Positions 12,440 through 25,891 of a stretch of DNA of 64,000 nucleotides are shown here, piece after piece; position 1 is the first letter of the stretch; each line of letters starts with the position of its first letter. The DNA comes from Batkoa obscura (lineage: Eukaryota). The stretch spans positions 744,001-808,000 of the forward strand of contig JASVEC010000023.1 in the NCBI GenBank assembly GCA_030770535.1, read 5' to 3'. The translations under genes were made by a program, and so were the position numbers. A model generated the notes under the pieces. The model made no database searches and was not told the origin of the DNA. It saw only the letters and a program-made list of their open reading frames with translations.

Positions 12440-13511
12440 TTAAAAGAGTTTGTTCATAAAGTTTAAAGAGACTTCAACACCTAATAAAATTATAAATAAA
12501 TAGATATGATATTATAAGTATTATTACCTAAAAAGCAAGCGGCATTTGCTGGGAAAGCTCTTAACATGGCGGGACCAAGGCCCTTAAACAAGGCACCTGG
12601 GCCTTCATGCTTAACTAATTTGACAAACACATCGGCTACACCTTTATAAGTTCCTTCTGGTGCAGTTTGAAGACGAGATTTAATTACATCTGGAGGCTAA
12701 AAATAAAGTTTAGAAAGGATGTTAAAAAATATTGTAAACTTACAATAGCAACAGCCCAATTAGCCATACCAGCTAAACCACCAGCTACGAATACAGCAAG
12801 TGGGCTTAATTGATCTGGGGTAGCACTAGCAGGAGTGAATAATGCTTTAAATCCTTCGTAAGCTCCAAAATAAGCTACTGATCCAGGCACATCCCTTAAA
12901 AGAGTAGCAAAAGTACCTTTATAAAGGGACTTTATTCCTCCTTGAGCAAGCAAACCACGTACAGCATCTACAGGCCCCTTATATTTAGTGGTAACTTCAG
13001 CACTACTGCCTTGAATTTGCAAAACACATTTTACACGTTCAATTGGAGTCATTAATAAAGTGGCAGGAATTGCTGAAAAACCACCAGCAAAACAAATTTG
13101 AGACATGGTAAGTTTATCAGAAGGATCCTTTTTAAATATAAAATGGGATACAAACTACTTATGAAATAAAATTACCATCTTTAAAACACTACGAACAATT
13201 TTTTGCCCTAAATCATAACCCCAGAAACAAGTAGCAAAAATGGGTGTTACACCCACCAAAGGAGTAAACATACCACGATATAAACCACGGAAACCATCTT
13301 TAGCAACGGTTTGTTTGAAACAATCAACAAGACCAGTATATTGATTTGAAGTTTGTAAACGAACTTTGATAAGATCTAATGGATGTCCGGCTATAACCAA
13401 ACACATACCACCAAACCCACCAGATATAAAGGATTTGATACTTGAAGCAGCACCTTGTTTAATTTGCACTTCTTTTTCTTGTGTTGAAGCTTTTGGGTCT
13501 AATTCACTCAT
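12440..13511 (-). CDS. CRC1: Mitochondrial carnitine/acylcarnitine carrier (3 coding introns plus a 5'UTR intron at 13515-13571)
   Basis: [39 protein letters not shown] and [14 protein letters not shown] motifs joined across GT-AG introns. Confidence 0.9.
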
Positions 13512-14406
13512 AATCTAGAAGTTAAAAATACAGATAAATAAAATAAATAAAAACTATTATCATGAACTTACTTTGATAAAAAATATAAACTATAAATTCC
13601 TTGTCCAACCTATTTATACTTTCGTAAAAACTGGCAGTCATCCCCCTTTCCATTCCCTTTTTTGGTCAGTTTATCAAATCATTGATAGGACAGTTTGTTA
13701 GTCTTTCATTAAGTCTGTATCATGTGCAAAAATTAAAATTGATGATGAAAGAATTTTATTGGCTTATTTAGACTGGACCCAATAATTCTTTTTAAACTCA
13801 ACAATTTTGTTTTTAATATGCTGTAAAGTTTAACATTTGAAAATTAAACTTAATGGGTTTAACCGTGTTAGATAATTAGTACATGTTCGTTAAAACTTTT
13901 ACCCGTTCTTTACATCAATACTTTATTATTTTACTAATCCACTTGGTATAATAATTAAGTCCACTATGTACTAATAAATTCTTGATTAATTTTTTAATAT
14001 ATAGATATGAATTTATTTTAAACTATTTTTAAAAACATTTTTTAAAATACTCTAATAAATTACAATCTTAATCATAAAATTTCCACTTTTATCAAAATAA
14101 TTCAAGCTCTAAAACTATCAATTTTTTTTATTACATTTGAATATTAGATATCCGCATTCAAATTAAAAATAGAATATAACTTAGTTATTAATATTGTTAA
14201 GTAAACATATGTTATACACAATTTAACTTTTATTATAAACATCTTTATAAGTAGAGTTAAACTTTAAAAACAATAGCAATAAATAAAGTTTATAAGTTTA
14301 CTTAAACTCATGATTTGAAAATTATAGTTATTTTATTAAAAAATTAATATCATTCAATCTAAATCTTTAATTTTACTATTACCAACCACAAAAATTATTA
14401 CCATAC

Positions 14407-14503
14407 AATGATGTCTCTTTTTGACTAAGAGATTTACTACTATTTTTTCTGCTCAATAACGTTTAAAAAATGGAAAAAGTGATAAAACTAAAAAAACATC
14501 TCC
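14407..14503. mobile_element. Family-A MITE with degenerate left TIR
   Basis: Family core with an ATAC/ATAC TSD. Confidence 0.8.
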
Positions 14504-14753
14504 ATACTATATAAAACAAATAAATACACCTTTTTTATAAATAAATATATGAGCTCAGTATTTAAAACATCTATAATAGCTACAATAACAGTGTAGTTGT
14601 AAAATTATATGTAAGTTCTATTAAAAATTTATCCATTCAATTAAAATTTTTATTTGTTTTTCTAATTTAAGTGAAAATGTAAAAAAAATAAAACTTTCAA
14701 AAGCAAACCCAAAACTTCGTTAAACTATCACTGTAAAATCTCCAATCCGGAAT

Positions 14754-16004
14754 TTAAATATCTTCCAAGTTAGAATCTTGGTCATTGTGGCGTAGATCAA
14801 GTGCAATCTGTCGAATCTAAAATATTATTAATAATTGCTAATTCTCTTATCAACTTTACTTACTGTAAATATATCAATTGGTGGAAGTCTTGATAAGAAT
14901 GCTTTTATTTCGGAACCTTCAAGCTCCTCAAGATAATCTTTAAATTGTTTAAGGATACCTAAAAATAATTTAGTTATTTATTTATAATATATTAATTTCA
15001 TTTACCAATGCAAATATAAACATGAAAGTCCATAAAATCATTACTTGAGAAGTAAAGGTCCCATAAAGGTAATAAAGATTCAATTGAAAGTTCTTTTGAT
15101 AGAAGAAAACGAAGCCATGAGGGTACCCAATCATGGATATTCACTTGTTCTTCTTCAAAGTAATCATATCTAAAATGGGTTAAATATTTACTAGTATATA
15201 GTCTTAAGCTTATCCTACAGGTCAGGTATCACCTTGCGAAATAAGCTCTTAAATTGACTGATTTTTTCATGAAGTGTATCTTCATCTAAAACCTCATCTA
15301 AAAATTTATTAAATTTAATATTGTTTTATTAAATTTTTAATTACCAATTTTTTCAACAAGATTTTGAAAGCAATAAAACACATCGACTTCTTTACCTACT
15401 ACAGTAATAAATGGTGTACAAAGGTGGACCCAAGAAGGATGAAATTGAGCTTGTTTATTATAATTAAGATAAGCACCAATTACCCGTTCATAAGTAATAC
15501 AAGGTAATGTCTTTTTTAAACGCTGTTGAAGTCGGTTAACTTCACCACGTACCTTATTTTGCTCATCATAACTAATTTGGATTAATTGTTGATATTCTTC
15601 CATTCTAGCTTTCGATAGTTCCATATCATTAGCTAGGTACTTTAATTTAATACCAATATATACCAAACTCTAAGTAAATACTTACTTCTATCGGAGCTTT
15701 CGGTCTTAAGTAAGTACTTCCAAACCTCCTATAAAGTCAGAATTAATATCTAATTTTTTTTAGATGATTTGATAAAATAGATCTAATTTAAATAATAAAC
15801 ATTATAAAGATTATTTACCCCACGAAGTTCGTCTGGGATACCATAACGAGAAAGTTGTTGAAGTTTAGAAAGATCAACATACATTTCAGAGGTAAGAAGA
15901 GCATGGAATTCATCGATAGTATCTTCATAAAATGACTCATCTTGAACAAATTGTTTTGTTTTTTGTCCAGGTGAAATGGGAATAGGATAAGCAAATTCCA
16001 TCAT
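14754..16004 (-). CDS. TBC-domain (RabGAP-fold) protein, multi-exon
   Basis: YGIPDELRG/EVWKYLL, WLRFLLSKELSIESLLPLWDLYF and FHVYICI across GT-AG introns. Confidence 0.8.
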
Positions 16005-17905
16005 TTTAATGAAATAGAGTAATTATTCTAAGCTAGAATAAATTAAATATCAGCTCATTAATTGGATCATAATAAAATATACCTTATTACTCTATGAAAA
16101 CTGAATAATTTCTAAAACTCTAGTTATCTATTAAATCCTTAAACGTTTAACCTAAGTTCTAACTAATTATAGAGAATAATGTTAGAGCTGTTAATTGACA
16201 CAAGTAAGAATAACAATAGGTAGATTAAATTGGTTATTGGCCTAAGCTAAAAGTGCTTCGGATCAGCCGAAATTGGTGTATAGAGTGAGTAAAAATACAC
16301 TAAAAAAATTGGAAGTATGAATCCATCTGTATTTTATCTAAATTTCCATTAATTACTTTCCTCAATGAGGGCAAAAATCCTCCATTTGTGTTAAAAATGA
16401 GGTCATTATTAAAAATTATTTAAGCTTTTAGTTCCCAAAAATGGGGCTTTTTGAAATAATTTAAGAAATTTTGTCAACTTTTGATATCATTCTTGTGCAA
16501 ACCATAATCAACTAAAAAAATAGAGTGGAAATACGAATGCAAAGTTTCATTATGATTTGAAATTTAGTGATATTAACCAAAAACTTGTTTTTTAAAGCCA
16601 TTTTATTGGTCAATAAAAATAAGATGATCCAAAGCTTCATTTTATTGATTTGGATTGAATTGGTAATTAATATTGTGGAGTTTTTCCTAATCAAAGTTTC
16701 AGTTTATAAAGCTTAATTTAACAGCAATTGAAGCCAAGTTAATGTTTTCATTGGTTTACATAGCATTGAGACTTGTACTGGTTTATCAAAAAGTAAGTGT
16801 TATTAAACGGTAATTAAGTAATCTAGAACTGACTCAATTGAAAATTCTACTTGGGCAATTAGTTTTGTGATGGGAGAATTTTGTAGTTGTGATACAAATT
16901 TTAATGACTGGGCTAAAATAGAAGTTTAACACCAGCCTTTTAGTTAAAAATATGATACAATTTATCCGTTGTTGTTCTTAAATTTACGATCAAAAATGTT
17001 TACATAACAAAAGAAAATTACTATTTCTTTTGATCAATATTTAAAGCAATATTTTTTTAGAAAATAATCAACTTTTAGTCTTAAGCTATTCTTTACGCTA
17101 AATCTATGTCTTCTAGTTTAAATCTTAATATTATAGATTAAAGTGGGGCCACCTTGTTAAAATTATTTTTCCCTGTTTAAATCGTAAATTTTAGTTGTAC
17201 AAAGTGGTTCGTGTCATGTGCTTAGCCTTAAATAATCTTCACTATATTTAATCAGTATAATTTTTATATGGTTTAATGATTATTTAAAGTGCAAAAATAA
17301 TATATTAGATACCTAATGGAATTTGCAGCATTTTTGCTGTTAATTTAGATGTCATATAATATTAAATATCTTTACATAAATTTTATTTATGACAGATGAA
17401 TTATTAATCTGCTATTAATAGTTTCATTTTTGTTTTTGTTTGTCTGAATATATTCTAAATTAAATTTACTGTATTTTTCCTTAAATCGGTTATTGGCATA
17501 TTTGTCTCTTTTTTAAAATAAGTGTTTATTATAATTAATATTTTTAATAGTCAATATTTACTGATCATTTTAAAGGTTTGTCTAAATGGTGTGGCTTAAA
17601 TAGTATTTTACTCAACAAAAACGTTTAAGACTGCACATTTCAAATTCTAATTGACTACATTTTTTGACTGAATTATTTTTAAAGCATAAAATCTAAATTT
17701 TATGTAACCTTTATTAAGATAAAAATATAAGTGAAAGTAAAAAAAGTTTTATATAATTTAATAAAACAATGTAAACCATAAAAATTAATCTATAATTTAA
17801 GGATGTATTTTTCGTTTGAAAATTTTATAACAAATTTAAATAAAAAAACTTTTGATTAAGTATATCTGAATTTAAAAACATAAAAACTCTAATTAAAAAA
17901 ACTAT

Positions 17906-18368
17906 TATGAAATCTGGTACTCAGTGTTTGGAGTCAAGAACAGCTATTGCTGGGTTGACTACACTATAAGTCGAAAGGTCTTAGTTTATGTGACTAAGAT
18001 AGACTTGGATTATGAGGAATAGCATGTAATAGGTTACAAGCTATATAAGACAAATAGAATAGACAATACTAATGTAAATCTACGTAAAACACTACTAACA
18101 AAACTTAGTGGCTTTATTAAATGTTCGAGATATCAGGGAATAATTCAGTTAAAAAGCCTCGAGCTATTATGTTTTAGAATCTCTTTTATACTCCGATAAG
18201 TATAAATATCAAAACGAGGGGAGAATATCCTTTGAGACGAAGATAGAAATTCTTATAGCAAACCAAACTAAGAACGTGGGATTGATTTTCTCTGAATTCG
18301 AGAACACAACAGCTTAGGCGATTGCTATGCTATAATTAACCATGGGACTGACAAAGCGATATTTCACA
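17906..18368 (+). mobile_element. 463-bp solo-LTR-like element, copy 1
   Basis: TATGAAAT...ATTTCACA ends, CTAT/CTAT 4-bp TSD, internal gtataaata. Colinear with 62538-63000. Confidence 0.8.
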
Positions 18369-18462
18369 CTATTTAAGTTAATTAAATTTACTATATAAAT
18401 TATAGCTAAATTAATTACTAAAAATGTAGTTAGTTTTATAAATAAGTTAATAATTATTATAT

Positions 18463-19726
18463 GGGTGTGTTTTTTTGGCTTCATCACTTTTCTGTCTCTT
18501 AAGCACTATTTAAGTAGAAAAATTGCTAATAAAATTGTTAATAAAATTGTTAAACTTAAGAATACATCACTATATCATAATTGGCTATAAAGCTGATAAA
18601 GTAATATTCTACAATAACACTGCATAAATATTTGTTTTTTTATTTATATCTTATTATTATTGCTACTAATATAATTTTATACTTTATTAAATAGCTTTAA
18701 ATATTTTTTTTATTTAATTTTTGGCTTTTTATAATTAATGTAAAATAAGTAAACTCTTAACTTTATTTATTTATTTTAAAAATATTGAGCAATAAAGTAT
18801 AAAAAATTAAAATAATAATATTCAGCTTTAAAATACATTTTATAAAAGTCACTTTAATTAAAAAAAGTCCAAATAATTTTATTATGATTATTTGAGTAAA
18901 ACATGGGAACGTATTTTTTGCTTAAGAATTTTACTAACAATTTTTCCACTTAAATAGTGCTTAAAAGATGGAAAAAGTGATGAAGCCAAAAAAATCATCC
19001 CCATATAATTATTCAAATAAAGAATATGACGATATTTTTTTTAATTTCATTATTTTTCCATTTTTTAAGCGCTATTCGAGTGGAAAGATTGTTAGTAAAA
19101 TTCTTAAACACAAAAAACACCCCCATATTTATTAGAAAATTATATTAGTCAATAAAAATGTTTAAAATTAAGCTAGTTGCTATCATAATTGGGGATATTT
19201 TTTTGTGTTTAAGAATTTTACTAACAATCTTTCCACTCGAATAGCGCTTAAAAAATGGAAAAATAATGAAGCTAAAAAAAACCACCATTAGTTTTTAGTT
19301 TTTTAAAAAGATTAATAAAAATTAGCCAATTATATGAGAATGTTTTTTTCAGCTTCATTACTTTCCCATATTTTAAACGCTATTTGAACCGAAAAATTGT
19401 AGTAAAATTGTTAAATACAAAAATATATCCCATATTATAATTTTAGTACTTGAAGAAAATTATAAAAGTTTTTATAAAATTTGATATAATAGCAAATAAA
19501 ATTTAAAAAAACAATTGCTTATAATGATTTTTAGCTTAAATCAAAATATACTTTTTTTATTGATATTAATTTTTTTGACTTGTTTGTATTTTTATATTTT
19601 ATATTTTAGATTAATTAAACTAACCTTAACATATGGGGGTGTTTCTAGTTTCATTATTTTTCCATTTTTTAAGCGCTATTTGAGTGGAAAGATTTTTAGT
19701 GAAATTCTCAAAAAAAGCACATCCCC
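18463..19726. mobile_element. Cluster of six family-A MITEs (18463-18571, 18905-19002, 19028-19124, 19191-19286, 19336-19431, 19635-19726)
   Basis: Each copy has TIRs and the family core. Several are flanked by ATAT/ATAT. Orientations are mixed. Confidence 0.9.
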
Positions 19727-20486
19727 ATATTAATAAATTAATTTAAAATGATTTTTATACTTTTTTATTTAAAATAAAATGTTTCTTCAAATAAATAACT
19801 GTATAATTAATATAATGTCTAATAAATTAAACACAAAATAACTAAAATTCTAATCACTATAAAAATAGATTTTACTTAATATATTAAAAAGCTAAAAAAA
19901 TTCAATGACTTAATATAATATTTAGATAATTAAAAATAAACCAGTGTTATATATTTTTAAATTTAATTAAAGTTGCTAACATTTTTAATAATCCCAAAAA
20001 GTTATAATTATAAACATAACTATTAACTTTGATAAATTTATAAGCTTAAATAATTAAATAATATAATTGTAGAAAAAAGTTATTGAGATTTCAATGGAAA
20101 TTTATTAGAACTTCATAAGCTTTCTAAAAAAATAGTTAATAAAAAAAGTAGAATGACTCAATAAAGATCATGCGACTATTATTTATTTAATTGGACCCTG
20201 ACAAGAATTTCTCATCTTTTAATTCTTAATTTTACTAAACTTTTAAATAGAACCTTAAGATTGGTCATTCAGTTGGAATTAGCCAATAATACCCGAATTT
20301 AAAAAATTAGTAAATGAACCACTATTTAGTTGAACTACCAAATAAAGCAATAAAATAATTATTAAAATCATAAATAAAGCAATTGTCATATTCTTAAATT
20401 TTGAAATTGGAGGTTATATATAAATAAAATAAACATTGACCTTTTCTCAACTTAAGAATTTTATCTGTTTTTTTATTTAATCTATA

Positions 20487-22722
20487 ATGTTACCGCTCTA
20501 TCTATTTTTCATATTATTATCCTCATTATTAGCAAAGGAAGGAACAGTAGCCCCATACACATTAAATAGTGTTAAATTACCCAAAGTTGTTTTATATAAT
20601 TTTAAATTAGATTTTGAAATCACATTATCTTTTAAGACTGGTGAGTTTTAGAAAAATTCATATAGAAATTTATTCATTAAAACTAATTAAACATTATTTA
20701 GTCAATGTCAATGAATCTATTCCATATCATATTTATCAAGGTAGTACCCGAGAATCATCTGAATTAATAGGGTTTGGTAATTTAAATGCCAATGATGGTG
20801 ATGATTTTGTATTAGATTCCGGTACTTCGGTTCATAAAGGGGAATATTTAGCCCATTATAATATCAAAGATATTGATTGTATCAATCAAGTGAATCGGAA
20901 TATATATATAACTATTTCTTATAAAGATAATGAAATAGCTGAAGTATCTCAAATAGTTCATGGTATGCCAGGATGGGTGACTTTATTACCTATCTTATTG
21001 TTATTAGGAATTGCTTTATTTTCTAATCAAGCATTAGTGGCTTTGATTGCAGGTGTATTTTTAAGTTCTACATTTATAAATGGATTTAATCCATTAACGG
21101 GATTTTTAAGAATGTTGGATTATTATACTATTCAATCCTTAGCTGATTTAGATCATACTAAAATTGCTATGTTTACTTTTTATTTAAGTGGAATGATAGC
21201 TATGATTCAAAAGAGTGGAGGAGCTCAAGCATTAGCTGATAAAATTAGTAGTTTCGCATCCAATAGAAGACGTGGTCAATTAGCTACCTTTTTGATTGGT
21301 TTATTAATATTTTTAGATGATACAGCATCGATCATGATTGTTGGTTCTAATTTTCAACCTGTTACAGATAAATTACAATTATCTAGAGAAAAGTTAGCTT
21401 TTTTAGTTCATTCTACTTCATCTCCTGTTTCTTCTTTATCCCCAATTTCTTCTTGGATTGGATTTCAAGTGGGTTTAATTGCATTACAGTTAAATTCTTT
21501 GAACATTCAAGAAGATCCATTTATTTTATTTTTACAAACAATACCATCAAGATATTATCCCATATTTATGTTAGTATTAACATTAATTACAATTGTATTT
21601 AAAAGAGAATTTGGACCAATGTTAGTAGCTGAGCGACGAGCATTTATTGATGGAAAAGTATCTAAAGAAGACAATAATAACTTAATTGAAGATAAGGATC
21701 CATTAGAACCCAAAGAAAATTGTCCAAAGCGTTGGTTTAATGCAGCCATACCAATATTAATTACTATTGTTGTTACTGTATTAAGTTTAATGTTATCGGG
21801 ATATTATAGTTTATTAGATAAACAAAGTAAAGGGGAACAAGTTTCTTTTTCAGCTGCAGATATTGCTGGTGCTGGTGATCCATATGGTTCCTTATTATAT
21901 TCTTCATTTACTGGTTGTTTAACATGTATTTTATTATATAAAATACAACGTATTATGAATGTGACTGAATCAGTTGAAGTTTTAATTTATGGTGTAAAAG
22001 ATGTAGTTGAAACATTAATTATATTGATATTAGCTTGGGCTATCGGTAATGCGTTTTTAGATTTAAATTGTGCTAAATTTTTAGTTTCTGCATTATCTTC
22101 TTCATTACCAAAAGGAGTAGTACCTTCAATTGCTTTCTTATTTGCTTGTGTTATTTCTTTTACTACAGGTACTTCTTGGGGTACTACTACTATTATGTTT
22201 CCATTAGTTATTCCATTAGCTCATGAAACAGCTCCTGGTGATCGATTATTATTATTAAATACTATCTCAGCCATTTTAGCAGGTGCCTTATTTGGTGATC
22301 AATGCTCTCCTATTTCATCTACTACTATTTTAACTTGTTTAACATCCAAAGTTCAAGTTAGAGCTCATGTGAATTCACAATTACCTTATGCTATATTAGT
22401 TGTATTTTCCTCACTCGTTTTAGGCTACCTTCCATTAGGTTATAACCTTTTCCCAGATTGGGCTGGGTTATTAGTTGGTATTGCATTTATGTGCTTAGTA
22501 TTCTTCTTAATTGGAGAACCTTCAGATCGAGTAATTAAAGCAGGATCAAGTTATGGGATCGTTGGAAGATTCGTTCAAAGATTAATTCCTTTTAAAAGAA
22601 ACCAAGAAAGTGAGGAAGAGATAATTGATAGTCATGATAATTTAGATGTTTTTATAGAAAATGCTTTACCTTTACCTTCAAATTCGAATTCAGGTACTTC
22701 TACTCCTCATCCTAAAAATTAA
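20487..22722 (+). CDS. NhaC/IT-superfamily Na+/H+ antiporter-like membrane protein with signal peptide (intron 20641-20701)
   Basis: ATG 20487 (MLPLYLFFILLSSLLA) splices in frame. Motifs FLDDTAS, SREKLAFLVHSTSSP, FTTGTSWGT and GALFGDQCSPISSTTIL; many TM helices. Confidence 0.85.
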
Positions 22723-22820
22723 AATTTAGTTGTTTTTCTTGAAAGCTAGTATGCTTTGTTTTTTAGTTAATAAATGATCAAATTTCTTTTTACTCTTTTT
22801 ATAGTTTATATTTTTACTTA

Positions 22821-24341
22821 ATGAATTTATCATTATCTTATTTTCAATTTCAACAAGGTATACCATTAAAATTAATTGATTTATTCCAACATTGGTCAAA
22901 TGTAAATTTATATTATTATTTATATTATTATTTATATTATTATTTATATTATTATTATTTATTTATTTAGTTTGATGATAAAGAGAAGTTGCAGATAGAG
23001 ATTTATAACGAAGTAAAAGATCAATGCTATAAAATTTAAAATTAATCTATTTTCAAGATTTTAATTAAAAGTAAATTAAAAGTCCATGATAAAGAGATAA
23101 TTATACCAAGCAAAAGTTATCACTTTTCATTTATTAAACATTTAATACGATTATTAGAAAAAGAAAATGAGGTGAAATAATTTTAAAAAAGATACTCAAT
23201 TACATTATTAATCTTAATATTTTTAAAAGCAAGTGAATGAATTAATTTATGATTATTCTAGTTTTTTATTGAATGGTAACAATTAATTACTTAACATTTC
23301 TATTATTAATTTATTATAATAGAAAATGAAGATTATTTTTATAAAAGATATTCAATTAGCAATTCCACTTCAATATTATTAAAAGAGGATAAATTTTTAA
23401 TATCTAATGGTACTACTGGTTTAAGAACTTGGTAATTGAATTGTTTTATTAAATAATACTCAATATTAAACGGAATTTATTAAAAGGCAAGCTAGGTAGA
23501 TAATGATGTTATTATTATATTGCTATTTTATAGAGCTGTTATTTAGTTTAAGAATGATTGAATATCTTCAAGAAAATCCAGGTAACTATAAACAAATGAA
23601 TAAATAGTAGCTTATATATTTAATATAATATTTTAGATATTATAAAAAATAAGAGTATATTAGAAATTGGATCAGGAATTGGATTATTAGGTATTTATTA
23701 TAATTATATTATACCATATTATATTATTAATTTATTTATTTGTTTATCAGGGATAACATTATCCAAATTTCATATTAAAAATATAACATTAAGTGATGTT
23801 CATGATTCTGTATTAAGTTTATTAGAGGGAAATGTAGAACTAAATCAACTTAACTTAGATATAAAACGATTAGATTGGAATAATTACAAAGAAAAAGATT
23901 TACTAAATTATGATGTGATGATTGGCTCGGATGTGGTAATAATTTTATTAATTATATTTATGATACGATAGAATTGTATGTATTAATAATAATATTAATG
24001 AATAGGCATATGACCCTAGTTTAGCTACAATTTTAGCTAGTTTTATTGGTCAATTTTTAAGATTAAATTCTAAATCTCAAGTTTGGTTGGCTTGTACATT
24101 AAGGAATGAAGAGACATTTCAAATATTCCAAAATAGTCTAGGTAAACAACATATTATGTTTTATCATCTAATATAAACTATAATTAATCAAATTAACTGA
24201 TAATAACATATAGATCAACAAAGTGAATTATATTATATTATTGAAGATTTACCCTCAAAGTTTAATTCTAATTTTTATTATGAAGATTGTTATTCTTTGA
24301 TTAAATTAATTAAAATTCAATCCAAAGTGAATTTTAATTAA
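22821..24341 (+). CDS. FAM86/Efm3-like (family 16) protein lysine methyltransferase, many short exons
   Basis: Manual splicing gives ISNGTTGLRTWQASLRMIEYL, ILEIGSGIGLLG, LSDVHDSVL, RLDW and YDVMIGSDVAYDP. Not in the ORF track. Confidence 0.8.
22906..22960. repeat. 12-bp tandem repeat (TTTATATTATTA) x4 in an intron
   Basis: Seen directly. Confidence 0.8.
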
Positions 24342-24353
24342 ATGATAAAATTA

Positions 24354-25666
24354 TTAAAATAATTTTAAACAAGCTTCATAAGAACCTAAAAAGATAGAAC
24401 CACCTAAAGATAACCATAATACTCTTGGTACAATACCTTTAAATAACCCAGAAATCCCTTCTTCTTTCCTTACCCTTAATAAAGTTTTGAGTATTCCAGA
24501 ATGATATTGTTGAGAAGTATTAATTCTATTCTATTAATTCGTAATAATAGTAATTAAATAGAATTAAAATAAATAATTAATTAATATTAGTATATATCTA
24601 TGTTAAATTAATAATTGAGTTATTACATACTTTAGAACTTAACATAATTCGTGTTTTTGCTAAATCAATTGGGGTAGTAACAGCTGCTGCAAATCCACCT
24701 GAAATAGAACCTGCAATAGCTGAACACCAAACAGGTATATCTTCTGTTTTATTTCCTAATTGGTAATTTAATTGAACCTAATTATAATATAAATTAGTAT
24801 TCGATTATAATAATTATAATGAATTAAATAAACTAATTTTATATTTTAACATATTATCATACTTTCTTGTCATTATTATAATCTTACCTTTGAAAGTTCA
24901 TAAATTGGAAATTGAATACAAGTGAATGGAATTTCTCTTAAAACAGTAGTTGAATAACCTTTATAAAATCCCAAAATAGATTCTTCTTTAAGTATTGATT
25001 TTACTGCATGTAAATAAGTACTATATTGATTAGTTTGTAGCCTTTGCTTAATAACTTCAGTTGGTACACGAACAAGACAAGCAGTCTATAAAAAAGGATT
25101 AGTTATTAATTAATAAAATTGGACTAAGACGATAATAAAATAAATTGCAAATAAACAATAATAATAATAAACTTACTACTTCACCAGTTGAAGCTGCTAA
25201 CATATGAATTAAAGGTAAACTTTCAATTTGTTGACTTTGTTTAAAGTATGTTTTCAAGGTATCATAACTACAGAAAAACAAAGCAGCTAAAAAACAAAAA
25301 ATAAAAATAAACACATGAATTTTCTTTCTGTCTTTTCGTCTTTCTCTTTATTATTTTTTCTATTCTAATAAAAAATAAATAAAAAAACTTATCAACTTAC
25401 CAGAAGGAGCCGAGCCAATAATAGCGGATGACAAACCTTTATAAACATTTTTAAAACCCCCGCTAGCAGTAAATCCAAGTTGAGATTGTAAACGGGTTTT
25501 AATAGTATCTAATGGAAATAACATGGTATCTACCATTGTCCCTGCTATTCCACCAGACTGTTTATAGAATTATTAAATTGTATTTTTTAATAGTAGAGGG
25601 TCAATTATAAGTTACCATTAATGCCTTTATAAAGTTTCTATTTTTTTGATCTTGTTGTTGAGTCAT
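24354..25666 (-). CDS. SAM5: Mitochondrial S-adenosylmethionine carrier, multi-exon
   Basis: [50 protein letters not shown] and [13 protein letters not shown]. Confidence 0.88.
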
Positions 25667-25891
25667 AAAAGTAATGTTAGTTAGTTTAATGATAAGGAAA
25701 GAATCAAAGTACTGATTTTAGTTTTTATTTTATTTTTGATAAATTTCAAATTATTAGTTACGAAATTTCTGAACTAAACCAATCAAAATGAAATGAATTA
25801 AAATTAATCAAAGTATTAAAGTTAAAAATGCAAAACTTAAATTCAATTTTCTATTTATTTATTTAAATTCAATTTTAAAAAGAATTCGATT

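Noticed and set aside
16480..16930. Possible small spliced gene on the + strand (gtaagt..ctag; TDSIENSTWAISF...)
   Set aside because: Upstream frames contain stops and no motif is recognisable. At most a relic.
18463..19726. CRISPR-like look of recurring repeats with unique gaps
   Set aside because: Units are ~98 bp with TIRs and TSDs, mixed orientation and irregular spacing, in a eukaryotic context with no cas genes.
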